A DNA stretch of 64,000 bases from Spirochaetales bacterium (GCA_037142615.1 JBAXAI010000001.1:140432-204431); one strand, 5' to 3'. Positions 52,092 through 62,156 are shown, counted from the stretch's first letter. Numbers and translations: made by a program. Notes: generated by a model not told the origin, from the sequence alone.

Positions 52092-55000
52092 TTGTTCCTC
52101 CTCGTCGTCGTTCCGGTGTTGCCGGCTCAGCAGACCGACTTCTTCACCTCGATTCTCAAGGGTTTGGGACTTGTCAAGGAAAATCAGGTCACCATTACCG
52201 ACGCCACGTCGTTGATCGAGGCCAAGGATTACGACGGCGCCCTCAAGGTCGCCCTTTCACTGATCGAGCAGCAGAACTACAACGATGCCATGGCCATCGC
52301 CAAGCAGTTGGTTCCTCTCAAGCAACTCGCGCCGGCCGTTAACATTACCTCCAAGCTCATCGCGCTCAACCCACATCCCGAGCAGCAGATCGTGTTCGAC
52401 GGGTACGGAGACTTTCTGGCGATTGCCGACCTGTTGATCAAGGAGCAGGACTACAATGACGCTCTCGTCGTTCTGGCAGGCGTTATCCGCCGTCCCGACT
52501 ACCTCGATGACGCTCAGGTCCTGATCAACAAGGTTCGCGACTTGCGCAACCGCTACAACAGCCTGGGCGACGAACTGGTGGCTGCCCTCAAAGTTGGCGA
52601 CGCCGAGAAAGCCAAGGGGATCATCGTGACCATGGAGTCGGTCGACAAGAACCCCAACGACAAGACTCTGGTTCAGATCAAGCTCGCCAAACGCTCGGTC
52701 AACAAGATCGTGTTTGAGAAGCAAGTCAATGCCATCATGGACGCCGCAGCCCTCCTGTTGAAGAACCGCGAGTACGGCGCAGCCATCCTGAAGTATCTGG
52801 AGGCTGAACCCGTGGCCAAGGCCGAGTTCGCCGAAAACCAATACGGCAACATCACCGAGAACCTCGTGAACCGTTCGTGGGACGACCTGAAGGCAGCGAC
52901 GGCGCTGCTCACACCCCAAGAAGCCGCCCTCAAGACTTCGGCCACGACGGGGACCCGCTTGCTTGGCGGTCCCTTGGCTGATCTCACGGCCGGGCTGGCG
53001 GGCCTGACTGACACCTGGAAGAGCTTCTTTTCGTGGCGAAAGCGGGTGTGGGCAAGCAATCAGCAATTCCAGACTCAGGCCAGCCTGATCTTGAAAAGCC
53101 GCACCCAGGATGACTTCTACCTGACGTATTCGTTGTGGCTTGACCAGGGGCGGCCCACCGCGAAGGCCCCAGAGGGAATCCTGTATGCGATGGACCAACT
53201 CTGGACCGAGGCCATCACCCCGTGGAGTCAACAGATTCGAACCAGGGTCGAAACCCAGTACCAGCAGGCCAAGACAACGTTCGAAGCCGGTCAGTATGAC
53301 GCTTCCCTGACGGCCTTTCAGAGTCTGAAAGTGCTAACCCGTTCTTCGGTGGACCTGCTGGCCTTGAACAACCTGCAAGCCTACGTTCTCGACGACGGTT
53401 CGCTTGACAGGGCCTACACGGCACGCTTGAAGGACACCCTTCCTCTGGCCGTTCAAGTTCAAAGCCGCCTGCTTCTGGCCAACCAGGGTGCTCAGGCCAG
53501 CCTGGACTTGAAGGCGCTCGCTGTTGCGTCTTCGGACCGGAACCTCGACCGACCGGGGCTCGAAGCAGCCCGAGCGAATGTTCGTACCATGCGCGAGAAC
53601 TTCATTGCCGATGCCGAAAAAACGACGTCGGGAATCCGCCGGGAAACTTCGCTGGCCCAGGACGGGTGGAAGCTCCTCGACCCCCTCGCGGTGTTGAACG
53701 GTTGGCTGGCCCAGTGGAATACTTTCCGGCAGAAGGCGGCCGGGCAGGAAGCCGTCTTTGTAGACCGCCGGGGCAAGCTTGACTACGACCTGCTTGACGG
53801 CAGGAACGCCCAGTTGGTGGCCTCGTTGGCCGCAGCCCAGACCCAGGTCCAGGGTGTCGTCTCGGTGGTCGCAGGAAATACCCAGACTAAGCGGCTGCCC
53901 CTGCAAGCATCCGTGGCTCTCGAGGCGCTCCGGCCGTTGCAGGATGTTCTACAAAAAGACATCGCCGCTTTCATCGGCCTTTACGACGGCGAAACCCCCG
54001 AGGTCAAAACGGCCGCTGTTCTGGCTTGGCCACCCAAGGGCCGCACTTTGCTGGCTGCGCTTGCCCAGAGCCAGGCATTGCAGACCCAATTGTTAGCCAC
54101 CGCCAGGGCGAACTACGCCCAGTCCCAGACGCTCAAGAAGCAGGGGCAAGACCTCGGGCCTCAGGTCGAAGCCGCGATTGGGGCCGAAAACTTCCCGCAA
54201 GCGAAGACGCTTCTGACGCAGATGTCAGGCCTTTATACCCAGTCGCTCGCCGCGCAAGATGACCCGGTGTTCGCCGCTTCGGCCGAAAAAGAAAACGCCC
54301 GCCTGAATGACCTCTATAACAAGGGCTTTCAGAATCTGGTGGTAAAGGATGTGCGAAAGTACATCACCGACGGTAGCCAGGCCTACCTGAACGCGCAATT
54401 TGCCGCCGCCGAGCAGGTTCTCACCAAGGCTAAGTCGCGCTGGGCCGAGGCGTACGGCGACGCCAACGAGGAAGTTGCCCGTTGGCTCAACCTGGCGACT
54501 ATCGCCCAAGGTGCGTCGACCGGCCGCGAGGTGAACGCGATCGACCCGTTGTACAACGAGGTTCAGCAGTTGCTGAACTTTGCCCGCCGCGACTACAACG
54601 ACGCGCAGGCCCTGCTCAAAGCGGGCAAGACCAAGGACTCCGACGCTCTGTTCGACCGCGCCATCGGAGTCTTGAGCAAGATTCTGCTCATTTATCCGTT
54701 CAATCAAGAAATGGGTCTGCTCAAGTTGCAGATCGAAAAGGACCGCAACCCCGATGGGTTCTCGGCCTTGTTCAAGACCAAGCTCGACACGGCCGTGGCC
54801 CAGATTGCCAAGAACCCGGCTCAGGCCTACACCGACCTCCAGGACCTCGACAAGATTCAGCCTGGAGACGCATCGTTGGCTGCAGCCATCAAGCGGGTAC
54901 GCACGGTGCTCGGACTGGAAAAACAGCCCCTGGATCCCGCCAAGAAGATCCAGGCCGACAAACTCTACGCGCAAGCCAAGGCGGCTTACGACAGTGGTAA

Positions 55001-55301
55001 CATCAACCGTTTTGCTCAGGCCAGGGTCGACGTTGACAGCGCGCTTTCGCTGATCCAGCCCACCAGTGACGCCCGCTATACGGCACTCAAGGACTTGCTG
55101 TCGCAGTCCACAAACACCTCCGTGACGTTCTCGTTGGCTCAGCAGGCAGAGTGGGAATCCATCCTCGGCGCGGTCAACCAAGGCTCCTTCGTGATCGCTT
55201 CTGGCTTGCTAGACGGGTTCAAGAGAAAGTACCCTAACACCGTGAGAGACTCCCGCGTCGTGCAATACACCGACAAGATTTCCAACGGACTCAATCGATG
55301 A
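52092..55301 (+). CDS. Large (1069 aa) secreted all-helical hypothetical protein
   Basis: It has a TTG start and a hydrophobic N-terminus. It contains long A/L/Q-rich predicted helices with repeated NYNDA(M/L) and DYNDAQ segments. Its stop overlaps the next start (ATGA). Confidence 0.45.
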   Translation: MFLLVVVPVLPAQQTDFFTSILKGLGLVKENQVTITDATSLIEAKDYDGALKVALSLIEQQNYNDAMAIAKQLVPLKQLAPAVNITSKLIALNPHPEQQIVFDGYGDFLAIADLLIKEQDYNDALVVLAGVIRRPDYLDDAQVLINKVRDLRNRYNSLGDELVAALKVGDAEKAKGIIVTMESVDKNPNDKTLVQIKLAKRSVNKIVFEKQVNAIMDAAALLLKNREYGAAILKYLEAEPVAKAEFAENQYGNITENLVNRSWDDLKAATALLTPQEAALKTSATTGTRLLGGPLADLTAGLAGLTDTWKSFFSWRKRVWASNQQFQTQASLILKSRTQDDFYLTYSLWLDQGRPTAKAPEGILYAMDQLWTEAITPWSQQIRTRVETQYQQAKTTFEAGQYDASLTAFQSLKVLTRSSVDLLALNNLQAYVLDDGSLDRAYTARLKDTLPLAVQVQSRLLLANQGAQASLDLKALAVASSDRNLDRPGLEAARANVRTMRENFIADAEKTTSGIRRETSLAQDGWKLLDPLAVLNGWLAQWNTFRQKAAGQEAVFVDRRGKLDYDLLDGRNAQLVASLAAAQTQVQGVVSVVAGNTQTKRLPLQASVALEALRPLQDVLQKDIAAFIGLYDGETPEVKTAAVLAWPPKGRTLLAALAQSQALQTQLLATARANYAQSQTLKKQGQDLGPQVEAAIGAENFPQAKTLLTQMSGLYTQSLAAQDDPVFAASAEKENARLNDLYNKGFQNLVVKDVRKYITDGSQAYLNAQFAAAEQVLTKAKSRWAEAYGDANEEVARWLNLATIAQGASTGREVNAIDPLYNEVQQLLNFARRDYNDAQALLKAGKTKDSDALFDRAIGVLSKILLIYPFNQEMGLLKLQIEKDRNPDGFSALFKTKLDTAVAQIAKNPAQAYTDLQDLDKIQPGDASLAAAIKRVRTVLGLEKQPLDPAKKIQADKLYAQAKAAYDSGNINRFAQARVDVDSALSLIQPTSDARYTALKDLLSQSTNTSVTFSLAQQAEWESILGAVNQGSFVIASGLLDGFKRKYPNTVRDSRVVQYTDKISNGLNR

Positions 55302-58300
55302 CAGGTGTCAAACGGTGGATGCTCACCGTGCTGCTGGCGGGTATGAGTTCCCTTCTTGGGGCCCAAACCACCTTCTGGGACGATCCGGAAACCTTGGGCT
55401 TCAAAGCCTCCGCCTTTCCCGTCACCGTGGGGAACGCCCAGGAGGCCGGCGCTTTCTGGCAGGTGAAGGCTGGCGTGGAGGGAGGCTGGCCACAGTATTA
55501 CCTGGCTTTCGTCCACCGTCATCTGGGTGACCAGACATGGTCGGCTCCCCGAAATGTGCTCGGGCCCTTCACGCTGACCGGCGGCGATTCCCAGTTCTAT
55601 TCGGCGCTTTGGACCGCCTCGGGCGATCTCTGGGTGGCGGCGCTGGACAAAGAGGGCCAGGTTACTATTTTTCGGTCGAAAGACCAGGGGAACACCTTTG
55701 CTTCCGAAGACGTGCTGACCAGCCCGCGAACACAAACCCTTCTGGTTCCTCGGTTGTTTCTCAACGCCGCCGATGAACCCCTTCTTGTTGTCAACGAGGC
55801 CGACGACGTGAGTATCCGCCTTTCCTCGGCCCTTTTTCACGGGGGAGTCTGGAGCGACTTGAAGCCGTTGGCCCCGGCCAGCGAAACGCTCAGCAGTTAT
55901 CAGATTTCGGTCTCGGCTCACGGAAGCGTGCTCACGGCCGTCTACCAGAGCCCCAACAGCCGCAACAACTACCAGATCTACCGGCGGGACTCGCTCGACG
56001 GGGGTCTGAGCTGGGGACCCTCGGTGCTGCTTTCCGACTTTGACCCGACGGTGAATCCGGACCTTTACGACAACCAGCGGCCGAACGCCCTTTGGTACAA
56101 GGACCGCCTCTACGTCGTTTGGGAGCGCAAGACCGCCGGTACGCAGACCCTGCTGCAGTGGCTGGCCTTCGACAATGCCGGCAAAGTCGTTCCCGGTTCG
56201 GCGCGCGAACTCACCACGAACGACTATTCTTCGCGCAATCCCCAGTTGTTCAGTTTTGGCGGCCGCCTGCAAATGACCTGGTTTGAGAACCAGAGCCGCG
56301 CCTACAATCAAACGCTGGCAACCTGGAACGCCGAGGTTGCCAGCTTCACCTCGAAAGTGCTTTCTGACAGCCCCGGCAACAACTACCTCGGTCAGGCTAT
56401 CGGCCTTGGTAGCGATCTTTACGTGTTCTGGCAGTCAGTTTTTGGCTCAGGAACAGCGGCGACTTCTCAGGTAGTGGTGAGGGGACCAGACCTCCGCGTC
56501 GCCGCGCCAACCATTGTGCCGGTAAACTTCCTCGCCGGCCGGGCTTCCAGTAACGCCGACTTCCGGGTCCAGATTTTGTACCCGCGCGATATCTCGGGAA
56601 TCACCGGAGCCAGTTGGTCATTTGGCAAGGATTCTGCTCAGGTTCCGGAACCCGTCGTGACTCTGACCGGGAAGGACCCGACTCTGGTCGTCCATGACAG
56701 CTTGGAGGGCGAAACGTGGCTGGCTGTGCGCGTACGGGACTTGGCCGGCAACTGGTCAGCTCCCGCCCTTCAGAAACTGGTGCTCGATTTGACTCCCCCT
56801 GGTTCGGTGCTTTTCCGCCTTCCGGCGGTGGATACCGAAGGCTACCTGACCTCGAACACGTTTGACCTGTCTTGGGACACCTCGACCGGCGAGACTTCGG
56901 CCTGGTCCTGGCGTTTGGACCGCATCGGCGATTTTGCTGTACCGGCGACCCTCCAGAAACTGAAACTCGACCGGGCTCCGCTCACCCCGACGGGAGCGGT
57001 TGCCCAGTTCTCGAGAACCAACCTGGAAGACGGCGTGTGGAGCCTGACGGTTGCGGCCTTCGACGAAGCGGGAAACCAGGGGCCTTCCTCCAGCTTCTTT
57101 TTCCGCCTCAACAAGTACAAGCCCTTCACGCTGATCAACCGGGTCGTGATCTCCGAGGACGACTTCCAGCGCTTCACCCTCGAGCTCCAGGGCCTCGGCT
57201 TCACCGCTGGGGGGCGAGTGACCACCGTGGTTCTGGACCGCGACGGCAAAGCTCCCTGGGACTATCAGCTTGCGCCGGCGACACTTACCAACACGGTCAT
57301 CACGGCCCGGGCGGCAGATCTGCAACAGGGGGTCTACCGCATCGGAGTGCTGCACAGCGTCCGCGGTCCCACGTTCGCCACCAAGACGCTGCAAGTCGGT
57401 CAGAACGGCACCGTGAAGCTCGGGGACTTCCGAAACCTGGATGAGACGGTCTGGGAGTTCTTCCGCGGAGTTGCAGTCTACTTCTCGGTCAATACCGCGT
57501 TCTTCTGGGTCGTAGTCGCCTTCCTTGCGCTGGCGATTGCCTTCTCGGCGAGGCAATTGGGCCGGGTATGGACCGAGATGCGCCGGGTTGACCGTCAGGC
57601 AAACGACCTGTTTACCGATACCTATAGCAAGAGAGCCGAACTGAGCAAGATCGCCTCACTTGGCAGGAGAGTTTCCATGCAACGCAGAGGCCTTGGCCTG
57701 ACCATCAAGTTCGCAGCCTCGATTCTCGCCTTGACCATCGCCGTCATCCTCATGCTGGCGCTCGTCCTTGGCTTCGTGATCACCGAGAACTCGCGGACCA
57801 GCCTGGGGAACGCGCTTCAGCAGCGGGCCGATGTGCTCCTCGAAGGAATGGTTTCGGGGGCGAGGTCCAACCTGCCTACGGCCGAAAACAACCTGTCGGA
57901 GCTCATCCTGCTGCCCTCGCAGATCGCGTCGATGCGCAAGGATGACCGTCATTTGGACGCGATTTTTGCTACCATTACAGGACGAATCAACCGTGAGCCA
58001 GGCAAGAAACCGGGGTATTCGTACCTCTGGTCGACAAACGATCCCGACTATCTCAAAAAGATTGATACCCCGCAACTCAATCGTGGCGTGTCGACCTGGA
58101 AGTCGACCGACGCAGTCGAAAAGGCCTACCGCGAACTGCAGACTTCGCTCAATCAACGGGCCCGCCAACAGGTCGGCGACTTGACAACGCAGGTCGATGC
58201 GCTCAACAAGCAGATTGTCGACTACAAGGGTTCTGTCACCGACGCCAAGTACCTCGACCTCACAGCCAGTGTCGGCGATCTCAAGACACAGATCGCCACC

Positions 58301-60037
58301 CAGCTCGCTACGGTCGGAAAAGAGAGCTACACGGAGCCGAAGTACGACACTGCGACGTTGCTCACCAACCCGATAACCCGCTTTGACTTCTACAAACCAG
58401 TTCTCTATTACTCCGAGGGCGACAACGAGAACTTCGTCAAGGGTCTTGTCCGGCTGGAAGTCTCTACCGAGTCGATTGTCCGCGACATCACGACCGCACA
58501 GCAGAACCTCGTGGTGACCACGTTGATCATCGCTTTGGTGGCCCTTTTCCTCGGCCTTATCGGTGCATTGGTGCTGTCACGCATTACGGTCGGTCCGATC
58601 CGACTCCTCGCTGATGGCGTGAAGGTGATCCGCGACACCGAAGACAAAACCCTGCTCGAAGGCCACGTGATCCGCGTGAACACTCGCGACGAGCTGTCGG
58701 AACTGGCCCAAGCGATTAACCAGATGACGCGCGGGCTGGTCGATGGTGCCAACAAGACCCAGGACCTCACCAAAGGAAAAGTCGAGCAGAAGACCCTTTT
58801 CATCCCGCTCGACAAGGACGACGACGACCAGAAACTCACAACGTTCCACCGGGATCTACCGGACATCGAGGTGTTCGCGTACTACGAGGGCGCCAAGCTT
58901 GTCTCGGGGGACCTCTACGAGTTCCGTCAGCTTGACACCCGGGACGGTAGGAACCTGAACTCCCCGTGGTACGGAATCATGAAGGGTGACGTGTCGGGCA
59001 AGGGCGTCGAAGCGGGCATGATCATGGCCATCGCCGCCATGTTCGTCACGACCTTCTTCCGCAAATGGACCGAGTCCCGCGACGCGAAAGACACCAAAAT
59101 TGACAGCCTGCTCTACCAGGTCAACGATACCCTCGAGCCTATCCTTGCCGAGGCTGGGCGTGGTCTTTTCGTGGCGCTGAACATTGGCGTGCTCAACACC
59201 AAAACCGGACACCTTCGTTATGGTCAGGCCGGTGACAACATTCTGCACGTTTGGCGTGGAAGAGAAGGGCGCTACGAAACCGTACCGCTTCCCAACACCA
59301 TTTCGGTCGGCGCCATGCCGACCTCCATGCATCGCAACGACTTGAAGTACGCCAACCGCGACCTGGCAATCGAGGTCGGCGACACACTGCTGTATTTCAC
59401 CGACGGTATCGAAGAAAGTCAGAGCCACTACCGCGATGCCAACTGGCACGAGGTCGCCTACTACAACCCTGAGGATCCCACCACGGTTGCCCCCCCCGGT
59501 TCACGGCGGGAAGTGCAGGTAGAAGGGGCACCAGAAGGGGTGAGGCGGACCGTTCAGGCCCAAGGGACCGAAGACTTCAGCCCCGAACGCATGCAGGCCG
59601 TGATCGAAGCCTTCTACCGGCGTGAGGTTTACGAACTCCGCAAGAAGAACAGCCCGGACCCGAACCTCGTCTACCATTTTGACTTCACCGGTTGCGACGG
59701 TTCGGCCAAGCAGCTCGTGACGGCGCTGATTTCGATCGACCGGATTTTCCGTCTGGTCCCCGACCCGAAGGCAACCGAAGAGGACCGCATTCAACTCGAC
59801 CTTGTCGAAGACGCGTTCCTGAGAACTCATTTCGCGGAATACGAGCGATACTTCCGCGACGGTTACCAGACCTACGAGAAGGCCGACAAAGCGAAAGGGG
59901 ATCTCGCCGACGCCGAAGGCAACAAACTCGTCGGTGGCAAGCGCGTCATTCAGGACCCCGCCTACATCTGGTATAACCACCTCAAGGAAGACCATCAGTT
60001 CGACGACCTGACGCTGCTGGCGATTCGGCGCAAATGA
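55298..60037 (+). CDS. Membrane-bound sensor serine phosphatase: extracytoplasmic BNR/Asp-box beta-propeller plus Ig-like repeats, 2 TM, HAMP, SpoIIE/PP2C (RsbU-like) domain
   Basis: A signal peptide is present. The Asp-box motifs are SKDQGNTF and SLDGGLSW. The TM segments are VYFSVNTAFFWVVVAFLALAIAF and LTIKFAASILALTIAVILMLALVLGFVI. A HAMP-like segment follows the TMs. The PP2C motifs are GDVSGKGVEAGMIMA, RYGQAGDNILHVWR, LLYFTDGIEES and DDLTLLAIRR. Confidence 0.75.
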   Translation: MTGVKRWMLTVLLAGMSSLLGAQTTFWDDPETLGFKASAFPVTVGNAQEAGAFWQVKAGVEGGWPQYYLAFVHRHLGDQTWSAPRNVLGPFTLTGGDSQFYSALWTASGDLWVAALDKEGQVTIFRSKDQGNTFASEDVLTSPRTQTLLVPRLFLNAADEPLLVVNEADDVSIRLSSALFHGGVWSDLKPLAPASETLSSYQISVSAHGSVLTAVYQSPNSRNNYQIYRRDSLDGGLSWGPSVLLSDFDPTVNPDLYDNQRPNALWYKDRLYVVWERKTAGTQTLLQWLAFDNAGKVVPGSARELTTNDYSSRNPQLFSFGGRLQMTWFENQSRAYNQTLATWNAEVASFTSKVLSDSPGNNYLGQAIGLGSDLYVFWQSVFGSGTAATSQVVVRGPDLRVAAPTIVPVNFLAGRASSNADFRVQILYPRDISGITGASWSFGKDSAQVPEPVVTLTGKDPTLVVHDSLEGETWLAVRVRDLAGNWSAPALQKLVLDLTPPGSVLFRLPAVDTEGYLTSNTFDLSWDTSTGETSAWSWRLDRIGDFAVPATLQKLKLDRAPLTPTGAVAQFSRTNLEDGVWSLTVAAFDEAGNQGPSSSFFFRLNKYKPFTLINRVVISEDDFQRFTLELQGLGFTAGGRVTTVVLDRDGKAPWDYQLAPATLTNTVITARAADLQQGVYRIGVLHSVRGPTFATKTLQVGQNGTVKLGDFRNLDETVWEFFRGVAVYFSVNTAFFWVVVAFLALAIAFSARQLGRVWTEMRRVDRQANDLFTDTYSKRAELSKIASLGRRVSMQRRGLGLTIKFAASILALTIAVILMLALVLGFVITENSRTSLGNALQQRADVLLEGMVSGARSNLPTAENNLSELILLPSQIASMRKDDRHLDAIFATITGRINREPGKKPGYSYLWSTNDPDYLKKIDTPQLNRGVSTWKSTDAVEKAYRELQTSLNQRARQQVGDLTTQVDALNKQIVDYKGSVTDAKYLDLTASVGDLKTQIATQLATVGKESYTEPKYDTATLLTNPITRFDFYKPVLYYSEGDNENFVKGLVRLEVSTESIVRDITTAQQNLVVTTLIIALVALFLGLIGALVLSRITVGPIRLLADGVKVIRDTEDKTLLEGHVIRVNTRDELSELAQAINQMTRGLVDGANKTQDLTKGKVEQKTLFIPLDKDDDDQKLTTFHRDLPDIEVFAYYEGAKLVSGDLYEFRQLDTRDGRNLNSPWYGIMKGDVSGKGVEAGMIMAIAAMFVTTFFRKWTESRDAKDTKIDSLLYQVNDTLEPILAEAGRGLFVALNIGVLNTKTGHLRYGQAGDNILHVWRGREGRYETVPLPNTISVGAMPTSMHRNDLKYANRDLAIEVGDTLLYFTDGIEESQSHYRDANWHEVAYYNPEDPTTVAPPGSRREVQVEGAPEGVRRTVQAQGTEDFSPERMQAVIEAFYRREVYELRKKNSPDPNLVYHFDFTGCDGSAKQLVTALISIDRIFRLVPDPKATEEDRIQLDLVEDAFLRTHFAEYERYFRDGYQTYEKADKAKGDLADAEGNKLVGGKRVIQDPAYIWYNHLKEDHQFDDLTLLAIRRK

Positions 60038-60903
60038 GCCGTGCCCTGCTGCTGGGGTTGTCACTTTTTCTGTCATCGCTGGCGAGTGGCCAGGACTCGG
60101 CACACCAATTTCAGCTGAGAAATGGAGATACCGACCAGCTTCTCCTCTATTGGCTCTTGGATTCGTCGCCGGTGACGCAGACGACCCTGCAAAGTCGGCT
60201 CGACAGCGCCCCCGTAGCGCAGCGTCCTCTGGCGCACGGTGAAACCAGTCTGTTGGAGTACCGCGCTGACGAAACCCTTTTGCTTTGTTTTGTTCCTTGG
60301 AATCAGTCTCCAGGTTACCAGGATGAGCTGATCGGGGCCGCCGTGAGGGTCAAGACCCTGACTCCTGGCAAGCAGATTTCGTTCAACCACCAGGCCTGGG
60401 ACTCAACACCCAGTGTGCAACTTCGTGCCAGCCTTCAGGACTGGGGTCTCACCACGGGGACCTTGGCCCTTGACGGCAAACCGGGGGACTGGGCCGGCCT
60501 CCCCACCATGGCACGCTTCGGTGGAGGATTCCCTGAAGGAAGCCCGGCTTCGGTTCAGTTTGCTGTTACTGACCAGGCACTCTGGTTCCATTTTGTTGAT
60601 CGAGCCAAGCCGGTTGCTGTCACCTGGGTTCTCAAGGCAGGCAACCGCTGGTGGGAAATCGCTTCCGCCGGAGCAGAGGGCCGGGTCTGGCTGTTTGGCC
60701 CCGAGCTCCCCAAGGGCCTTGCCGTGGGAACCCGCTTGCGCGCTGGAAACGATCTCGAGGGGTGGATTGTCTTGGATCGCCTGCCCGAGGCGGACCGTAC
60801 GGCTCTGCTTGGCTCAACCCTTGAGTTCCGTCGCCTTGTCGAAAACGGCGCATCTGCCGATAATGCCCTCATGACAGAGTTTTCGTTGGCAGAGCTTCCA
60901 TGA
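60034..60903 (+). CDS. Hypothetical secreted protein
   Basis: The signal peptide is MSRALLLGLSLFLSSLASGQ. Both ends overlap the flanking genes (ATGA). Confidence 0.4.
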   Translation: MSRALLLGLSLFLSSLASGQDSAHQFQLRNGDTDQLLLYWLLDSSPVTQTTLQSRLDSAPVAQRPLAHGETSLLEYRADETLLLCFVPWNQSPGYQDELIGAAVRVKTLTPGKQISFNHQAWDSTPSVQLRASLQDWGLTTGTLALDGKPGDWAGLPTMARFGGGFPEGSPASVQFAVTDQALWFHFVDRAKPVAVTWVLKAGNRWWEIASAGAEGRVWLFGPELPKGLAVGTRLRAGNDLEGWIVLDRLPEADRTALLGSTLEFRRLVENGASADNALMTEFSLAELP

Positions 60904-61181
60904 GTCGTGGCCGTTTCTTTTGTGAACATTGCGGCGCTCAGGTTCCTCTGGAAGTTTCGACCTGCCCCAAGTGTCATCGCGGTTTCGGCGATGTTCTGTG
61001 TCCGCGGTGCCAACATAGCGGACCTTCACCGACCTTTGTCAACGGCTGTCCGTCATGTGGTTATCTTTCCGTGGCCCCCGAAAGGGCCAGTGCTCGTTCC
61101 TCACGCTTTGTTCCTGCCATGACGGTGCTGTTGATTTTGCTCGCAGCTGCGGCCGTGGTCGCTTGGGTGGTTCGCCGATGA
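60900..61181 (+). CDS. Double zinc-ribbon protein with C-terminal TM anchor
   Basis: Three CxxC pairs are present: CEHCGAQ...CPKCHRGF...CPRCQH...CPSCGY. The C-terminal segment VLLILLAAAAVVAWVV is a TM anchor. Confidence 0.5.
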   Translation: MSRGRFFCEHCGAQVPLEVSTCPKCHRGFGDVLCPRCQHSGPSPTFVNGCPSCGYLSVAPERASARSSRFVPAMTVLLILLAAAAVVAWVVRR

Positions 61182-61723
61182 AAAAGACTTGTGCCCGGGG
61201 GCTTTGGATCTTCGCGCTGGGGCTTTCGTTGGCCTGCGTGGCACCAGCCCAGACCAAGGTTCCCTTGGTAGCGGGCTTTGACGTGTTCAAGCTGGGCATG
61301 CCTCTGACCGAGCTCAAGGCAGCGCTGAAGAACAACTCTTTTTTTCTGTACGAGGGAGATCCCGACGTGACATTGCTGTCGCGGCCTAACACCAGCCTGA
61401 TCGATGTGCCGGGCATCACGTATTTTTCCCGTGGGGTATTTCAACTGCTTGACGGCACTTTGTACAGCATCACGCTGGAACTGAATCCGGTGCAGCTCGA
61501 CTACTTCGCCATGTACACGACGTTGAGCAAAAAATACGGGGATCCGGTTGCTCTCGACCCCTCGATCGCGCGGTGGGAAACTCCGGCGGTGCGCCTGACC
61601 TTGGAGCGCCCATTGACGGTGAAGTACCTCGATATGCCCCGCTTTGTCGCCTTGCAGAAGAGTGGGACTGCCCAGAAAGCCCTTCAGAACCTGACCCGGG
61701 AGAAATTTCTTGAAAACTTTTAG
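61178..61723 (+). CDS. Hypothetical lipoprotein
   Basis: MKKTCARGLWIFALGLSLAC carries an LAC lipobox. It overlaps both neighbouring genes. Confidence 0.4.
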   Translation: MKKTCARGLWIFALGLSLACVAPAQTKVPLVAGFDVFKLGMPLTELKAALKNNSFFLYEGDPDVTLLSRPNTSLIDVPGITYFSRGVFQLLDGTLYSITLELNPVQLDYFAMYTTLSKKYGDPVALDPSIARWETPAVRLTLERPLTVKYLDMPRFVALQKSGTAQKALQNLTREKFLENF

Positions 61724-62156
61724 TGTCCTGCTGGCCTCCTTGAGCCTGCTCCTGACGGCGTGCAACGCCTCTTCGTTGCCGGTACGTGACTTGACCGTAG
61801 GAAAGGTGGTTTTTCGCACCGAAATCGCTTCGAACCCCGCCGAACGCGAGCGCGGACTCATGCAAAGGGCAACGCTGCCCGAAACGAGCGCCATGCTTTT
61901 CGTGTTTCCGGAAGAAAGCCAACGGGTTTTTTGGATGAAGGATACGCCCCTCCCGCTCTCTATCGCCTACATCAGCAAGCAAGGGGTTGTCAAAGAGATC
62001 CTCGACATGGCGCCCTTTTCGCTGGCAGCGGTACCGTCACTTCACGCGGTGATGTACGCTCTCGAGGTGAATCAAGGTGCGTTCACGCGCCTGGGCGTCC
62101 ACGTTGGCGACCAAATGAACCTCGACGGTCTCAAGGGGCTTTCGGAAGCTCGCTGA
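61710..62156 (+). CDS. DUF192 (COG1430) family protein, lipoprotein
   Basis: The TTG start is followed by an LTAC lipobox. The DUF192 core is RERGLMQRATLPETSAMLFVF...FWMKDTPLPLSIAYI. Confidence 0.6.
   Translation: MKTFSVLLASLSLLLTACNASSLPVRDLTVGKVVFRTEIASNPAERERGLMQRATLPETSAMLFVFPEESQRVFWMKDTPLPLSIAYISKQGVVKEILDMAPFSLAAVPSLHAVMYALEVNQGAFTRLGVHVGDQMNLDGLKGLSEAR

Noticed and set aside
52257-57556. Several 250-390-aa minus ORFs (52257-53231, 54225-55181, 55139-56311, 56756-57556)
   Set aside because: All are antisense to the two giant + strand genes, whose reading frames are continuous for more than 3 kb and carry recognisable domains.
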